DNA from: Escherichia coli
GTDB taxonomy: Bacteria > Pseudomonadota > Gammaproteobacteria > Enterobacterales > Enterobacteriaceae
Reading direction: 5' to 3' (one strand)
DNA: 64,000 nt
Assembly (NCBI GenBank): GCA_002099625.1
Contig: GCA_002099625.1_4857.1
Shown here: positions 19,927-30,100 of the stretch, piece after piece
Numbering within the stretch: position 1 is the stretch's first letter
How the letters are laid out: each line of letters opens with the position of its first letter
The notes under the pieces: model-generated
The model's database searches: none
Seen by the model: the letters and a program-made list of their open reading frames with translations, nothing else
Told to the model about the DNA's origin: nothing
Translations under genes and position numbers: made by a program

Positions 19927-20414
19927 TATTCGTCGTCTTCGTCTTCTTCATCGGTTGCCATCATGGACTTGGCAAACTCTTTACGCAGCTTGCCTTCCAA
20001 CGCTTTAGACTTTGGAGAACCGAAACCGTAAGAGATGGACGCTGCCCATTCTTTCTGAGTTGGGTTTTCAGTAACCGGGCGAGAGAACACGGTAGAGAAT
20101 GCTGCGTTACCGATATCCAGCGTTAAGTCCAGTGCACCGATATCGCTATCCGCTTTCGCACGGTCAGCAATCAGACCACCGGCAACGCCACCGAACAGTT
20201 CAGTGAAGTTTGCGTCGTGCTGTCGCAGAGCGTCCGCGTCTTCCAGTGTGAAGCGATAGTCCACATCCCCAACTTTCGTTACGGGGAGTGTTTCTTCGTA
20301 AATCTTAACCAGCGGGTCGGCGTTCAGCGCCAGGTCTTCGGACAGGGTTGCTGCCGGCGTGTCCAGTTCAGCGATCAGTTTGTGCAGTGCTTTCATTGAA
20401 GTTACTTCAGCCAT
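19926..20414 (-). CDS. Hypothetical acidic protein (162 aa, C-terminal DEEDEDDE)
   Basis: AAGGAA ribosome-binding site before ATG at 20414; strongly acidic tail. Confidence 0.6.
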   Translation of the reverse strand: MAEVTSMKALHKLIAELDTPAATLSEDLALNADPLVKIYEETLPVTKVGDVDYRFTLEDADALRQHDANFTELFGGVAGGLIADRAKADSDIGALDLTLDIGNAAFSTVFSRPVTENPTQKEWAASISYGFGSPKSKALEGKLRKEFAKSMMATDEEDEDDE

Positions 20415-20440
20415 CTTAATATTCCTTAAGGTCAGTGTGA

Positions 20441-21112
20441 TTAATCGTGTGAAAGACGAGCTTCGAGGTCGTCGATAATGGTATCTGTGAAATAGCTAAT
20501 ATCTAGCTGCTCCACGAAATCCCTGCGTTCCAGAATGCGCTCTGCGAAGAGCGTACCGTACCAACTAGGGACATTACTAACACCGTTGCGTCCGAACTTC
20601 TGTTGGACGTGACCAACGGCATGGAATTTTGCATCGCCTTTACTTTTACCCTGTTCACGGGCAAACAGATAAGAACGGTGCATGTAATTGCTCACGTCAT
20701 CTACAGACGGTATACCACGGTCAGCTGCGGCAACTATCTCAGAGACAATCCCGTTGTAGTTCCCTTTGTGAGAACTGCGGTGTTCTAAGACTGCATGGGC
20801 AATCGTCAAACATTCATCATCGGTAAGTTTATACTTACGTTTGAGCACTGGCTTGTTATCCAGTATCCAGCTATACCCTTTGATGTGGTGCGACGCACGG
20901 TCTTCTTTGGTAGAGAAGATATCGTGAGCTGCCACCGCAATCAGTATCAGCTTCAGGTGTTCGGTTTGCCCAAGCATATACGCGATACGAATCGCATTTG
21001 ATTTAACTGAGTTGATGTGATCCATGCGATGCGCACTATCGGTATAACGATAGAAGTCGCGGAATTGACGAACCAGTTTTTCCCAAAGTTTGTTGAGTTC
21101 AGTGCCCTGCAT
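20441..21112 (-). CDS. HD-domain phosphohydrolase
   Basis: Motifs RMDHINSV ... LILIAVAAHDI ... HH match the H...HD metal-binding signature of HD phosphohydrolases. Confidence 0.6.
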   Translation of the reverse strand: MQGTELNKLWEKLVRQFRDFYRYTDSAHRMDHINSVKSNAIRIAYMLGQTEHLKLILIAVAAHDIFSTKEDRASHHIKGYSWILDNKPVLKRKYKLTDDECLTIAHAVLEHRSSHKGNYNGIVSEIVAAADRGIPSVDDVSNYMHRSYLFAREQGKSKGDAKFHAVGHVQQKFGRNGVSNVPSWYGTLFAERILERRDFVEQLDISYFTDTIIDDLEARLSHD

Positions 21113-21129
21113 GTAAATATTCCTTACGA

Positions 21130-21143
21130 TAATGGTCGATTAA
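21130..21143 (-). promoter_or_regulatory. Leader motif TTAATCGACCATTA, copy 1 (18 nt upstream of the HD gene start)
   Basis: Minus-strand leader ttaatcgaccattatcgtaaggaatatttac-ATG nearly identical to the leader at 22009-22022. Confidence 0.4.
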
Positions 21144-21146
21144 CTA

Positions 21147-21536
21147 CTACGAGAATGTGTGATAACAACGTGTCAGTGTAACCTTCACGTTATCAGAATG
21201 GTCTTCGTTGGTATACACCACCGGCCAGATAATGTTATCAGACGAAAGCGCCTTTGATAACCCTTCAATCAATTCCTTCATTGAGGTTCCCTTCAGCCGA
21301 TGGGTCGTACGCCACCTGTGTGACGTCATACGGCTATAAACCACCATATCTGGTGTAAGGGTACTACTTTCCTCTTTAATCTCCTCTAAACGCTTCTCCT
21401 CGCTTTCTACGAAGCTTAGTAAAGCATCCGGATTTCGAACAAACTCACCGAAACGATCGTCTCGGCGCAAGCCACAAAGAACCCATAGCGTGAATGGGTC
21501 TCTGCACGCATCTACTAACCCCTCTGCGATTTTCAT
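21147..21536 (-). CDS. Hypothetical protein (129 aa)
   Basis: ORF in co-directional block. Confidence 0.55.
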   Translation of the reverse strand: MKIAEGLVDACRDPFTLWVLCGLRRDDRFGEFVRNPDALLSFVESEEKRLEEIKEESSTLTPDMVVYSRMTSHRWRTTHRLKGTSMKELIEGLSKALSSDNIIWPVVYTNEDHSDNVKVTLTRCYHTFS

Positions 21537-21590
21537 TTTATTCCTTCCTACACAGTCAAAGGATTTGTACGATTCGTGATTTTTGAGAGA

Positions 21591-21989
21591 TCAGATTAGC
21601 TGCTCAGCGCGCAAACGTCTCAAAGTGTTCGTTGCTGTAACAAGAACATCTTGCAGTTCTTGCATTGCTTTACCAACAAAGAACGGTTTAAGATGCAGGT
21701 CGCTAGTGATGAGTCCGCCGTATTTGTACGGTAGGTCTGTAATATCACAGACGATGGGATTTTTTGCTCGCCACTCTTCATCAGCAACGAGAATAAGAAA
21801 CTTCCAGGCGTCTTGATTGCCGAGCGATTCACCGGTTTCTGGCTTGTAGAGTTCTTTTAAACGTTTATCGCGCTCGGAGATAAGGTATTCGTCATCAGTC
21901 AACAGACGAATTAAATCGGCTTCGTTGCTCTCGGCTTTAGCACAAAGCATCATGGCAACAAACGGGTCTTGGCGTAGTTGGTTAGTCAT
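21591..21989 (-). CDS. Hypothetical protein (132 aa)
   Basis: ORF; GAAGGAG ribosome-binding site before ATG at 21989. Confidence 0.55.
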   Translation of the reverse strand: MTNQLRQDPFVAMMLCAKAESNEADLIRLLTDDEYLISERDKRLKELYKPETGESLGNQDAWKFLILVADEEWRAKNPIVCDITDLPYKYGGLITSDLHLKPFFVGKAMQELQDVLVTATNTLRRLRAEQLI

Positions 21990-22008
21990 TGTAAATACTC
22001 CTTCTGGG

Positions 22009-22022
22009 TAATGGTCGATTAA
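22009..22022 (-). promoter_or_regulatory. Leader motif TTAATCGACCATTA, copy 2
   Basis: Minus-strand leader ttaatcgaccattacccagaaggagtatttaca-ATG, 20 nt upstream of the ATG at 21989. Confidence 0.4.
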
Positions 22023-22045
22023 AGCGTTAACGTGTAACGCTCACC

Positions 22046-22064
22046 TAAGTAATATATATCTCAG
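22046..22064. promoter_or_regulatory. Copy 2 of recurring near-palindromic motif (taagtaatatatatctcag)
   Basis: Intergenic, about 55 bp upstream of the minus-strand gene start at 21989. Confidence 0.45.
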
Positions 22065-22135
22065 TTCTTTTTGAATGCAATTAATAAAATAAAAAGACTC
22101 ACCCGTATCCGAAGATAGGATGAGCCTAGTGGAGC

Positions 22136-22684
22136 TTAGACTTGCAGTAGTGTCCCCGAGTGACTAATCGGGTCATTGTAGAACGCTTCACACTGGAGGC
22201 AAATGCCATCAATGTTCGGTTCTTCAGTTCGCGACCATATCGCCGCACCACCTTGCAAAATCCATTCTCGACAGTTACGACCATAATCGTCGACAAGCAA
22301 ATTACCTCGCGAGGCGTAAGCTTTCTTCTGCCCTGAACTTTCGGTGACGATGACTTTGTCAGCTGGTACCCCAAAGTGCTTCATGAACCACCGTTGTTTT
22401 GAATCCACAACCAATTGGTGGTCGTAGTGATCTTCTGACCCAGAGGTGAGTATTGCCCAACTGTCGCAAAGTCTATCTACCGTTTCCAGGATTCGCTCTA
22501 CACCCTCAATTGGTTCGAGTTTGTAAAACAAGTCAGGATCGTTCTGATACATCGAACGAACCAAACTACGACGACGGAGTTCAGGTAATGCGTTAAACTC
22601 TTTAATCGTCATTCCGGGAAAATGTGTGGATAAAACGTATTTACGCCAGCGTGCAAAAACGCCATCGCTATCCAGATAAAACAT
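22136..22684 (-). CDS. HAD-superfamily 5'-nucleotidase-like protein (182 aa)
   Basis: ORF 22136..22729; AAGGA ribosome-binding site before ATG at 22684; N-terminal MFYLDSDGVF is HAD motif I (DxDG). Confidence 0.55.
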   Translation of the reverse strand: MFYLDSDGVFARWRKYVLSTHFPGMTIKEFNALPELRRRSLVRSMYQNDPDLFYKLEPIEGVERILETVDRLCDSWAILTSGSEDHYDHQLVVDSKQRWFMKHFGVPADKVIVTESSGQKKAYASRGNLLVDDYGRNCREWILQGGAAIWSRTEEPNIDGICLQCEAFYNDPISHSGTLLQV

Positions 22685-22737
22685 TTTCTTGTCCTTATTT
22701 TGTTCCCCAACACATGAAACCAACGTCATGTAAAAAA

Positions 22738-23037
22738 TTACATCTGCTTTATTGCCATATTCGAACGATACGGCTCAGTGAGTAGAAAGTAAGTACGGCG
22801 ATAGTCGATTGTCACTCCGGCCTCTTTAATGTCGCAATAGAGCGCCATGATATCTAGCGACGCGATTCCGGAGATAATGTTATTAACCTTGCGTTTTGTA
22901 TCAAAACGTTCCGATAAGATTTCGGCAAGCACTTCCTTACCAGCCTTTCCTTGGATGGCGTAGATCGCTAACGCTTTCAGTTCTTCCGGCGTCAAACAAC
23001 GAAGGGTCGGAGGTATTGCGATGTTAACGACCTTCAT
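22738..23037 (-). CDS. Hypothetical protein (about 100 aa)
   Basis: ORF 22738..23082; ATG at 23037 or GTG at 23082, not resolved. Confidence 0.45.
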   Translation of the reverse strand: MKVVNIAIPPTLRCLTPEELKALAIYAIQGKAGKEVLAEILSERFDTKRKVNNIISGIASLDIMALYCDIKEAGVTIDYRRTYFLLTEPYRSNMAIKQM

Positions 23038-23092
23038 GCGTCCCCCTACTGTAGTGGTTTTTAGTTGTGATTTGCAGACCACGAACTAGGCA

Positions 23093-23722
23093 CTACGGTG
23101 AAACGACGTATTCGTTCAGTGCGTTATCAAAAGCAGTACGCGCAGTGGCGACCGCCTCCGAGACCTTAACTTCACCGCGCTCCCAGTTGACGCTGATAAC
23201 CAGTCGATAAAATTCGCCGGCTTTCAACAGTTGACTGGTAGACAGGCGCACATCTTGTCCGAAACTTAAGTGATAGACAAAAACATGGCCACCGTTGCGA
23301 AGTTCTGACAACCGCATCTCGCCCAGGTAAATCGGTTTGATATCCCAGTTCGACATGCGGTGTGGTACAATCCATACTTCACCCGCCCGATTCGGTTCCT
23401 GTGTCAGGTTGACCGAAGGCTGCGCTACATCACGTTCATCAAAACCGTAAAGATACAATCGTGTGGGTATTTCGATTGCAGAGAAGTTGTGACGTGCACC
23501 CTTAATCGCTCGCTCTAAATCTACCGAGCAGCAAATCCTGGGCACGGTCTTGTCTTCATCTGGCGCGCACGAAAGTGGGATACGCGGCGAAAACGTCGGT
23601 ATCTTACACTTGCTTAAATGCAGCGGCTGTTCAGTCAGTTTACGCAACGTCAACTTTTTGGCGACGTGCGGCATCTGGCGTTCACACCACCGCTCTAATG
23701 ACGGGTCGATATGTTCTGCCAT
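23093..23722 (-). CDS. Hypothetical protein (209 aa)
   Basis: ORF in operon-like minus-strand block downstream of the RNA-polymerase-like genes. Confidence 0.55.
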   Translation of the reverse strand: MAEHIDPSLERWCERQMPHVAKKLTLRKLTEQPLHLSKCKIPTFSPRIPLSCAPDEDKTVPRICCSVDLERAIKGARHNFSAIEIPTRLYLYGFDERDVAQPSVNLTQEPNRAGEVWIVPHRMSNWDIKPIYLGEMRLSELRNGGHVFVYHLSFGQDVRLSTSQLLKAGEFYRLVISVNWERGEVKVSEAVATARTAFDNALNEYVVSP

Positions 23723-23726
23723 TTTT

Positions 23727-24530
23727 TTACCAGCTCCTTACACCCATGCCCATTACCCGCAGATTGGACACTTTCGGAGCCAGCTGCAGGTATTCCTGCG
23801 CGAGTTGCTGGAGAGCACCACGACGGGACTCAGTGGCAACAGCGCTGGTCGTTGTCGGATTGTACAGAATGTCTTCCAACACTTGACGACTGATAGGGCG
23901 GTCGACGTAAGTGCGAGTAGATTCCTGTGCCACTTTACTACCGCGTTGAATCGCAGAGTATTTGTTACAGATTTGCAGGCCATCTTCAATAACCCAGTCA
24001 AAGGTGACCAGTTTATCGATGCGGCGTACGATTGTCGTACCCAGACGACCTTCACGAACGATAGCACGCAGTGAGAAACACACGTTCTGATGTGGGTTCT
24101 CTAGTGCTTCCGCCAGAAGCGGACCACGTTCACGGTTAGGTTTAATCCAACCCCAGATTTCCATCACCGGCAGACCGTTACACATCTGGTCGGTCGGCTT
24201 CACTTCTACTTCGCGAATGTGCATACACACGTTACGCGTTTCGATCCATTCGTTACGTTCGATCCACTGGGCTTCGCTCATGCCTTGTTCGTATTGCGGA
24301 TGGTCTTCTTCACCGAAGAGATTCCCCGCTAAAACTTTACGCATGAAAACGTTAGAGCGCTCGAAGACATGTTTTGACTCGTTATAGGCGTAGTAAATAT
24401 TCTCAGAGTTGAAAATATTCAGTGCACCTAACAGGACGTAATAATACCCGTCCGCATCTTTCTTTAGCGTTGCCCCTTTATTGACCCCAGCGAGTGCCAC
24501 GCAGTTATAACGTAGTGACAAGTTTTCCAT
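23727..24530 (-). CDS. Hypothetical protein (267 aa)
   Basis: ORF in same block. Confidence 0.6.
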   Translation of the reverse strand: MENLSLRYNCVALAGVNKGATLKKDADGYYYVLLGALNIFNSENIYYAYNESKHVFERSNVFMRKVLAGNLFGEEDHPQYEQGMSEAQWIERNEWIETRNVCMHIREVEVKPTDQMCNGLPVMEIWGWIKPNRERGPLLAEALENPHQNVCFSLRAIVREGRLGTTIVRRIDKLVTFDWVIEDGLQICNKYSAIQRGSKVAQESTRTYVDRPISRQVLEDILYNPTTTSAVATESRRGALQQLAQEYLQLAPKVSNLRVMGMGVRSW

Positions 24531-24592
24531 TGGTTTCCCCAGTTGTTATTACCGAAGCGGGTTATTGGGGACGTACAATAACCCTACCTCAG

Positions 24593-25321
24593 TTACCTCA
24601 TATACAAATCCTCGAGTGGCTCTGCACGTACCGGATCGACCTGGAGTGCAGAACGGATACCCTGTTTCAGTTCCACATCTGCAATCTTGGCCAACCGGGA
24701 AGTTTTGTTCAATGAACCTGAACGCAGCGGAATAAACTGCACCCGATTCATCAAATCGCTGTCTTTTTTCAGGGTGTAGCGGAAATACGTCCGCGGGTCG
24801 CCAACCTTACGCTGTGTGTGGGCAGCATAACAGTCAGCGGTGATCTGGTCGTTAAAGACCGTAAAGCCGTTCCACGTCTTAGTGTCAGACAATAGCTCAG
24901 CGTCATCTACTGCGGTGTACCAGAAAGGCCGGTTTCCGAAGTCGTAGATGTACGAAGCGATGTTGTAGACTGGCGAGGAGAGCACTTGCAGCATTCGGTT
25001 GGGGAACACCACCGTGCCGGGGTCAAAACGGAACTCGTAATACGGCACACCCTGAACATCAATTTCCTCAAACGCCGACGGGGTAATTTCAATGAACGTC
25101 GTGACGTTCGATACCCCGTAGGTTTTGCGGTCAGTGGAGATAGCGAAAATGCCGACGATTTCGACTTGCGAAGAAATTACCGCCAGCTCTTTAGCCACGA
25201 AGCCAACAGGGATGTAAATGTAACATCCCCCTTTGGTGATGGTGGCCGTGCCTTGGTCCACTAAATCTGCATGAATTTTCGTCGCGTCACGACGTGCTGT
25301 TTCAATGGCGCTCACGACCAC
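24593..25321 (-). CDS. Hypothetical protein (242 aa)
   Basis: ORF in same block. Confidence 0.6.
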   Translation of the reverse strand: MVVSAIETARRDATKIHADLVDQGTATITKGGCYIYIPVGFVAKELAVISSQVEIVGIFAISTDRKTYGVSNVTTFIEITPSAFEEIDVQGVPYYEFRFDPGTVVFPNRMLQVLSSPVYNIASYIYDFGNRPFWYTAVDDAELLSDTKTWNGFTVFNDQITADCYAAHTQRKVGDPRTYFRYTLKKDSDLMNRVQFIPLRSGSLNKTSRLAKIADVELKQGIRSALQVDPVRAEPLEDLYMR

Positions 25322-25330
25322 CTCTCTTTA

Positions 25331-26806
25331 TTAAACTTTGCTCGGTACAGAAATAACCACACCGCCACAAATCCAATCCAGGACGTAGTTAATCATCCAG
25401 TCGGTCGCCACCTCGTCAGGCTGACGGTTAGCAATCATACCACGATGAATATCCAGCATCAGCTTGGACAGTTCGTATTCACCGAAGACCTCAGTCGCGG
25501 AGACCTTGATAACGAACTCAGTGATGTCTGTGGTGTCGGTTGTGAAGAACGAATCGATGAAGCTTGCCGTTGATTTCTTAACGAACTCCGGCGTTGCTAC
25601 CTGACCGTCCTGTCCACGCCAGAACAGTTCAGGATCGGTCGCATCGATAGCCACGTTAAACGCTTGTTTCAGTGACTGGCGATTGCGTGTTACCCAACTG
25701 CTGTCGAGCTTAGCACGCTGAATCGCAGAACGGTGGCCCCAGGCAGCGATGTAGTCTTTCTGTTTTTCCAACAGTGAAGCTACACGCGTGGAGACATTGG
25801 TGTCACCTTCGTCCAGCTGGTAGATAGCGCCCAGTAACGCTTCAACGCTACCACCTTTTTCCAGATAGTCGTCCATCACTTCCTGACAGATATACACTTT
25901 CTTCTCAACGTTGTCGTATCCGAAGACAATGTTACCGGTCTTGATGCGGGTAACGATGTTCTGGGTGTAGGCGTAAACCCAACCGATATAGCTGTAATGC
26001 AATGGCAGCATCTGTGCTTTCCACTGCCCGCTATTCAGACCAGAGTCTTTCCACGGCATTTCCAGGTAGTAGCCAGAAAGCAGCATAAACAGAATGTTGC
26101 GTTTCAGGTTGTGTGGTGCCTGGTCGCTTACCGGAGAGAGCATGTTCCCTTCGAGCATGTTGCGAACGGCTTCGTTGATATTCCAACCCAGCGCATTCAA
26201 CAGTTCTTTAACCAGATCGTCGTAAGCTTTGCTGCCGGTTTCTGGCAGTTCGATATCGGCAGGGACGTTGGCTTTAACTGCAGGGTGCGTAGTACCATTG
26301 CCCAGCGGGTTTTCTACCGAATCAATTAATGCCTGTACCACCGGGGAGTTCAACGCCGGGTCCATACCTGCAGGCACAAGTGCCCATTCTTCGCTAACTG
26401 CCTGGTTTTCAATACCCTGGTTGTTTTGGATAACCAGTTGAACAAACGGCTGAATAACGTTACGGGCAAAGTCAAGCATACCCTGACAACGTTGGATAGC
26501 CATACGTTTCAGTTCGAACAGTGTCGGTTCGTGGTCTTCGACGTTCAGCGTTTCTGGACCCGCTGCAGTATCTGCGATTACAGACGCTTCGCCTGTACCG
26601 GCCTGCGGCGTTTTCAGTGCAGTGATATCCGGCAGAGACTGGAAGAACTCCTCGTCAGTTATCTGTGTATCGAAAACGCTCTGCTGCGTAGTCGCTTTTG
26701 TCAGTAGACCAACAGGACTGTCAACGTCAGCTTCCAAACGAACCCGGTGTTGTTTCGCCAGTTTCATTGCGTTGGTGACAGCATTAAGTGAATATAAGTT
26801 GATCAT
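25331..26806 (-). CDS. Hypothetical protein (491 aa)
   Basis: Long ORF; 4-nt overlap with the upstream 97-aa gene. Confidence 0.65.
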   Translation of the reverse strand: MINLYSLNAVTNAMKLAKQHRVRLEADVDSPVGLLTKATTQQSVFDTQITDEEFFQSLPDITALKTPQAGTGEASVIADTAAGPETLNVEDHEPTLFELKRMAIQRCQGMLDFARNVIQPFVQLVIQNNQGIENQAVSEEWALVPAGMDPALNSPVVQALIDSVENPLGNGTTHPAVKANVPADIELPETGSKAYDDLVKELLNALGWNINEAVRNMLEGNMLSPVSDQAPHNLKRNILFMLLSGYYLEMPWKDSGLNSGQWKAQMLPLHYSYIGWVYAYTQNIVTRIKTGNIVFGYDNVEKKVYICQEVMDDYLEKGGSVEALLGAIYQLDEGDTNVSTRVASLLEKQKDYIAAWGHRSAIQRAKLDSSWVTRNRQSLKQAFNVAIDATDPELFWRGQDGQVATPEFVKKSTASFIDSFFTTDTTDITEFVIKVSATEVFGEYELSKLMLDIHRGMIANRQPDEVATDWMINYVLDWICGGVVISVPSKV

Positions 26807-27096
26807 GCCTGACCCCCGTTTTTGGTGCTGATAGAATCCTGGATGCGACCAGTAATACGCGCACCCACCATATCAGCGATGTCTCGTTTCAGCAAACGCT
26901 GATCGCCCATGCGGTCAGACAGGCCATTGCTGCCCTTCAGCAGTCCGTGAATAATTTCGGTGGCCAATTCAACCGCATTGCCCAGAACAACAAAGTTCAT
27001 GCGTTGCTGTGGGGAATAACCTTCCGTTTCCGGATTCGTGCTATTACGGCCCACCGGAATCCCATGCTGCTGCTTGAGCGTATCTAAAATTCCCAT
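26803..27096 (-). CDS. Hypothetical protein (97 aa)
   Basis: ORF with GGAG ribosome-binding site; preceded by GC hairpin 27121-27139. Confidence 0.5.
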   Translation of the reverse strand: MGILDTLKQQHGIPVGRNSTNPETEGYSPQQRMNFVVLGNAVELATEIIHGLLKGSNGLSDRMGDQRLLKRDIADMVGARITGRIQDSISTKNGGQA

Positions 27097-27120
27097 TATT
27101 AACTCCGGAGTTTATTTACC

Positions 27121-27139
27121 GGGCGGGAGCGACCCGCCC
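27121..27139 (-). other. Intergenic GC hairpin (RNA), no U-tract
   Basis: gggcggg-agcga-cccgccc between the beta-like gene stop (27144) and the next start (27096). Confidence 0.4.
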
Positions 27140-27143
27140 TACA

Positions 27144-30100
27144 TTAGTTGATTTTAGCCGGCAAGGCTGGGACGTCTTCACCATCTAAGATGCGTCCGAT
27201 ATTCTCCCCACCACGATACCCGACAGCGTTGGTGGTTCCGATGCGCATGATAGAACCTACGATACGTGCGTCGACGGAATCACGACCAAAGATAATGTCG
27301 AGTTCCTGCCCGTCTTCCGTTTTGTTGGTTCCATACATCACTTCCTGAACCGTCGTTTTCAGCTGGTTAGCAATAACCATCTTATCCGCTGCTGCCATCT
27401 CTACCCGGTGTGTGATGTAGAATCGGACACACAGGCTATTGTACGCTAACGGCACCCCCTCAACACGAAAATCACCGTTGACTCGACCATCCTTCGGCTC
27501 GTCACGTTTGAGAGCCAGCGCAGTCTTCCGACGTATACGGTCGTATTTACGAACCATCTCCGCCAAAGACGGGGTCATATCTTCCACCTCGCCGTGGTAA
27601 ACCACTTCGATTTTGTCGATAAACCCACGAACACCAGAGCGTGGTGCAAAGGAGCTTAACTCACGCAGCGTTTCCGCTGCTTCTTTACTGAACCCGCTCA
27701 TATCGCCGGTCAGGTTGTCGGTGAAGGTGCATAGAATTGAATCCACGTCTACGTGGTCCCCTTCTTTTACCATCTCCAACAGGTTCTGGGTAAACGTCAT
27801 TGTGACTTCTTTGAGTTTGGTAACATCGGCTTCAGCCTTAGCAGCGAACCGCTCACTAATGGCGTTGGAGTCCTCAATTACTTCTTCCCCTTCAATCAAA
27901 GCGACAGTTGCCAGTATCCCGTTTTTAAAGCTGACTTGCGTTGGATCGTAGATGTCTGGTTCAAAGTGTTGTTCGTTGTACGTGATAACGGCACCGGCAG
28001 GGAGTTTATCTCCGCGCTTCCATTTCGTTACCAGGGTGTGTGGGTAGTAAGTCCCTTCGTGCGGACCGAACCAACGGCCCAGTGGGAAAGCTTCTTCCTC
28101 TCCGTCGTCGTATTTGATTTTAACGTGGTCGTTAAGAACCTCCACAATCTTGCCAGGTTTATCGATTACGCGTGCGTGCTTCACAGAAGTACGGTGTGCC
28201 ACGAACTTTTCTTGCTCGGTACGATACGGTGTGGTGGTTGCGCCAACACAACTGGTCGCAGAACCGAATTGAATCCCAACGAAGTTCTGACGCTTAGCAT
28301 CGTCCATCAGGGTATCCGGCACCAAGCCATCAATAAACGACAGTGCCTCACCTGGCTTCAGTTTATCGAGGTCCTTTTTAAAGGTCGTGCCGTCCACGGT
28401 GTCGTAACGCGGATTGTTTGTTGCAAAGGCGGTGATACCTACATCGCCGTTATCGACCGTGTTACCGGAGACAATCCCCAGGTCGCTCGGTTGGAATTCA
28501 CGGGTACTGTAGACCATGGTCTTGCGGTTACGACCACCTGTACCGCCCATGGTAACAACATCTTTTTCTTTGATGTTCTGTACCGGGTTTGCGCCAGGAG
28601 CCAGCAGAACAGACGGGTCGGAGTTAATTGCACCCCACACCATGTCCTGCGTCAACTCAAACTTACGATTCGAGTTAGGCGCGTTGTTGTAGTTACGCAT
28701 CGCCCGCACCATCGCGGTGTAGATGTGATACGAAATACGTTGGTTCCCGATGAACATCATTTCGTCACCGTTAATTTCCGGTAACGTGTGGTCCGTCTGC
28801 AGCAGTTCGTTAGAACGCTCCAGTAAGCCGATAAAGGTTTCCGGCTCGCCCATTTTCCTGAGGATACGCGCGTGCATGTCGTCAACAAATGCGGTCCGCA
28901 TCAGTTTCAGCTCTTTGATGTAGCGTGGTGTTAGCCCATCTGCATCGCGTAACAGGTTCAGGTAAATGTCTTCCCGGTCAACTTCCGACTCGGTATACGT
29001 GGTAAAATGTTTAATGTAACGGTCTAAGCCGTTGACAATCATCCTCTGTTGATCGTTCTCGCAGACAATTGCAATTTTCGCATCCTGGAGACGAATAATG
29101 GAGTCGAACTGACTTTTATCGATACGTTGTCCGACAGAGAGAACCTCGTAACTGATACCAAAGTGTTTCAACATCCCGGTTAACCCGAGATAGTACGCAA
29201 ACACAAAGCCCAGCGAGATTGATTTGCCCATCAGTGACAGTTCGGTCATTTCACGTGGAGCCTTAGAGGTGTCCACGCCAAAGACTTCGGCGAGCGTACC
29301 CAGTGGTTCGGTCTTATCCTTATCCACTCGATAGAGCTGGGAGTTTTTATCCATACCGACGATGACATGACTCCGCGGTTTCTTCGCCACAGGTACCAGC
29401 TCGACACGGTCCGCGTCTGCCAGTTGCCCTTCGTTAAAGAATGCCGCTTTCTGTTTAATGTCAAAGTTCCATTGGTACCCAATTGCGTTGAACGCTGCTA
29501 CACGACGTGCCACCTCGGTGTACTGACGCGGCAGTTTAGACAGCGGATCGAACACATTCGCCAGTTTTGCATCAGTAATTTCGGTGTTCTTCGGATCGAC
29601 CGCGCGAGTAATAATCGCATTAGTGAGCCAACGTCCGTAATCATTGACGACTTTATCACTGCGACGGACAAAGTTCTTCCCGTAGGCAGTGGTTAACGCT
29701 ACGGTATCGTGGGACACTTTACGGATAGGAAGATCAACACGCTGACGACGCATTGTATATTCCACACCATTTGCAACCCAAGTACCGTCTTCGGTTAATG
29801 CAGGAATTGAAAAACGTACCGTGGTTGGTTCTCCGCCAATCGGCTGAATACGCAACGTGTGGTGTTCGATATTCCCGGTAACGGAAATCTCTTTCTCAAC
29901 AGTGTGATTGTGAATCGCCAAACCGAGACGCTGAGATGACGCTACTGCCCCCAGAATATCTTTCGGGAAGATTTCTTGGTTGTACTGACGAATGATTTGG
30001 TCGGTGGTATTTTCCGCCCAGGCTTCATCCGTAACTAAGCGTTCAATCTTCTTAGGCTCGGCTTTAACTTCGAGTTTCTTCGGATCGATGGTCAGACCTT

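Noticed and set aside
27753-28784. 343-aa plus-strand ORF (and similar ones at 9938-10367, 11164-12294, 30240-30737)
   Set aside because: They lie entirely inside long minus-strand genes with recognisable products (RNA polymerase beta-like, terminase) and lack ribosome-binding sites; treated as shadow ORFs.
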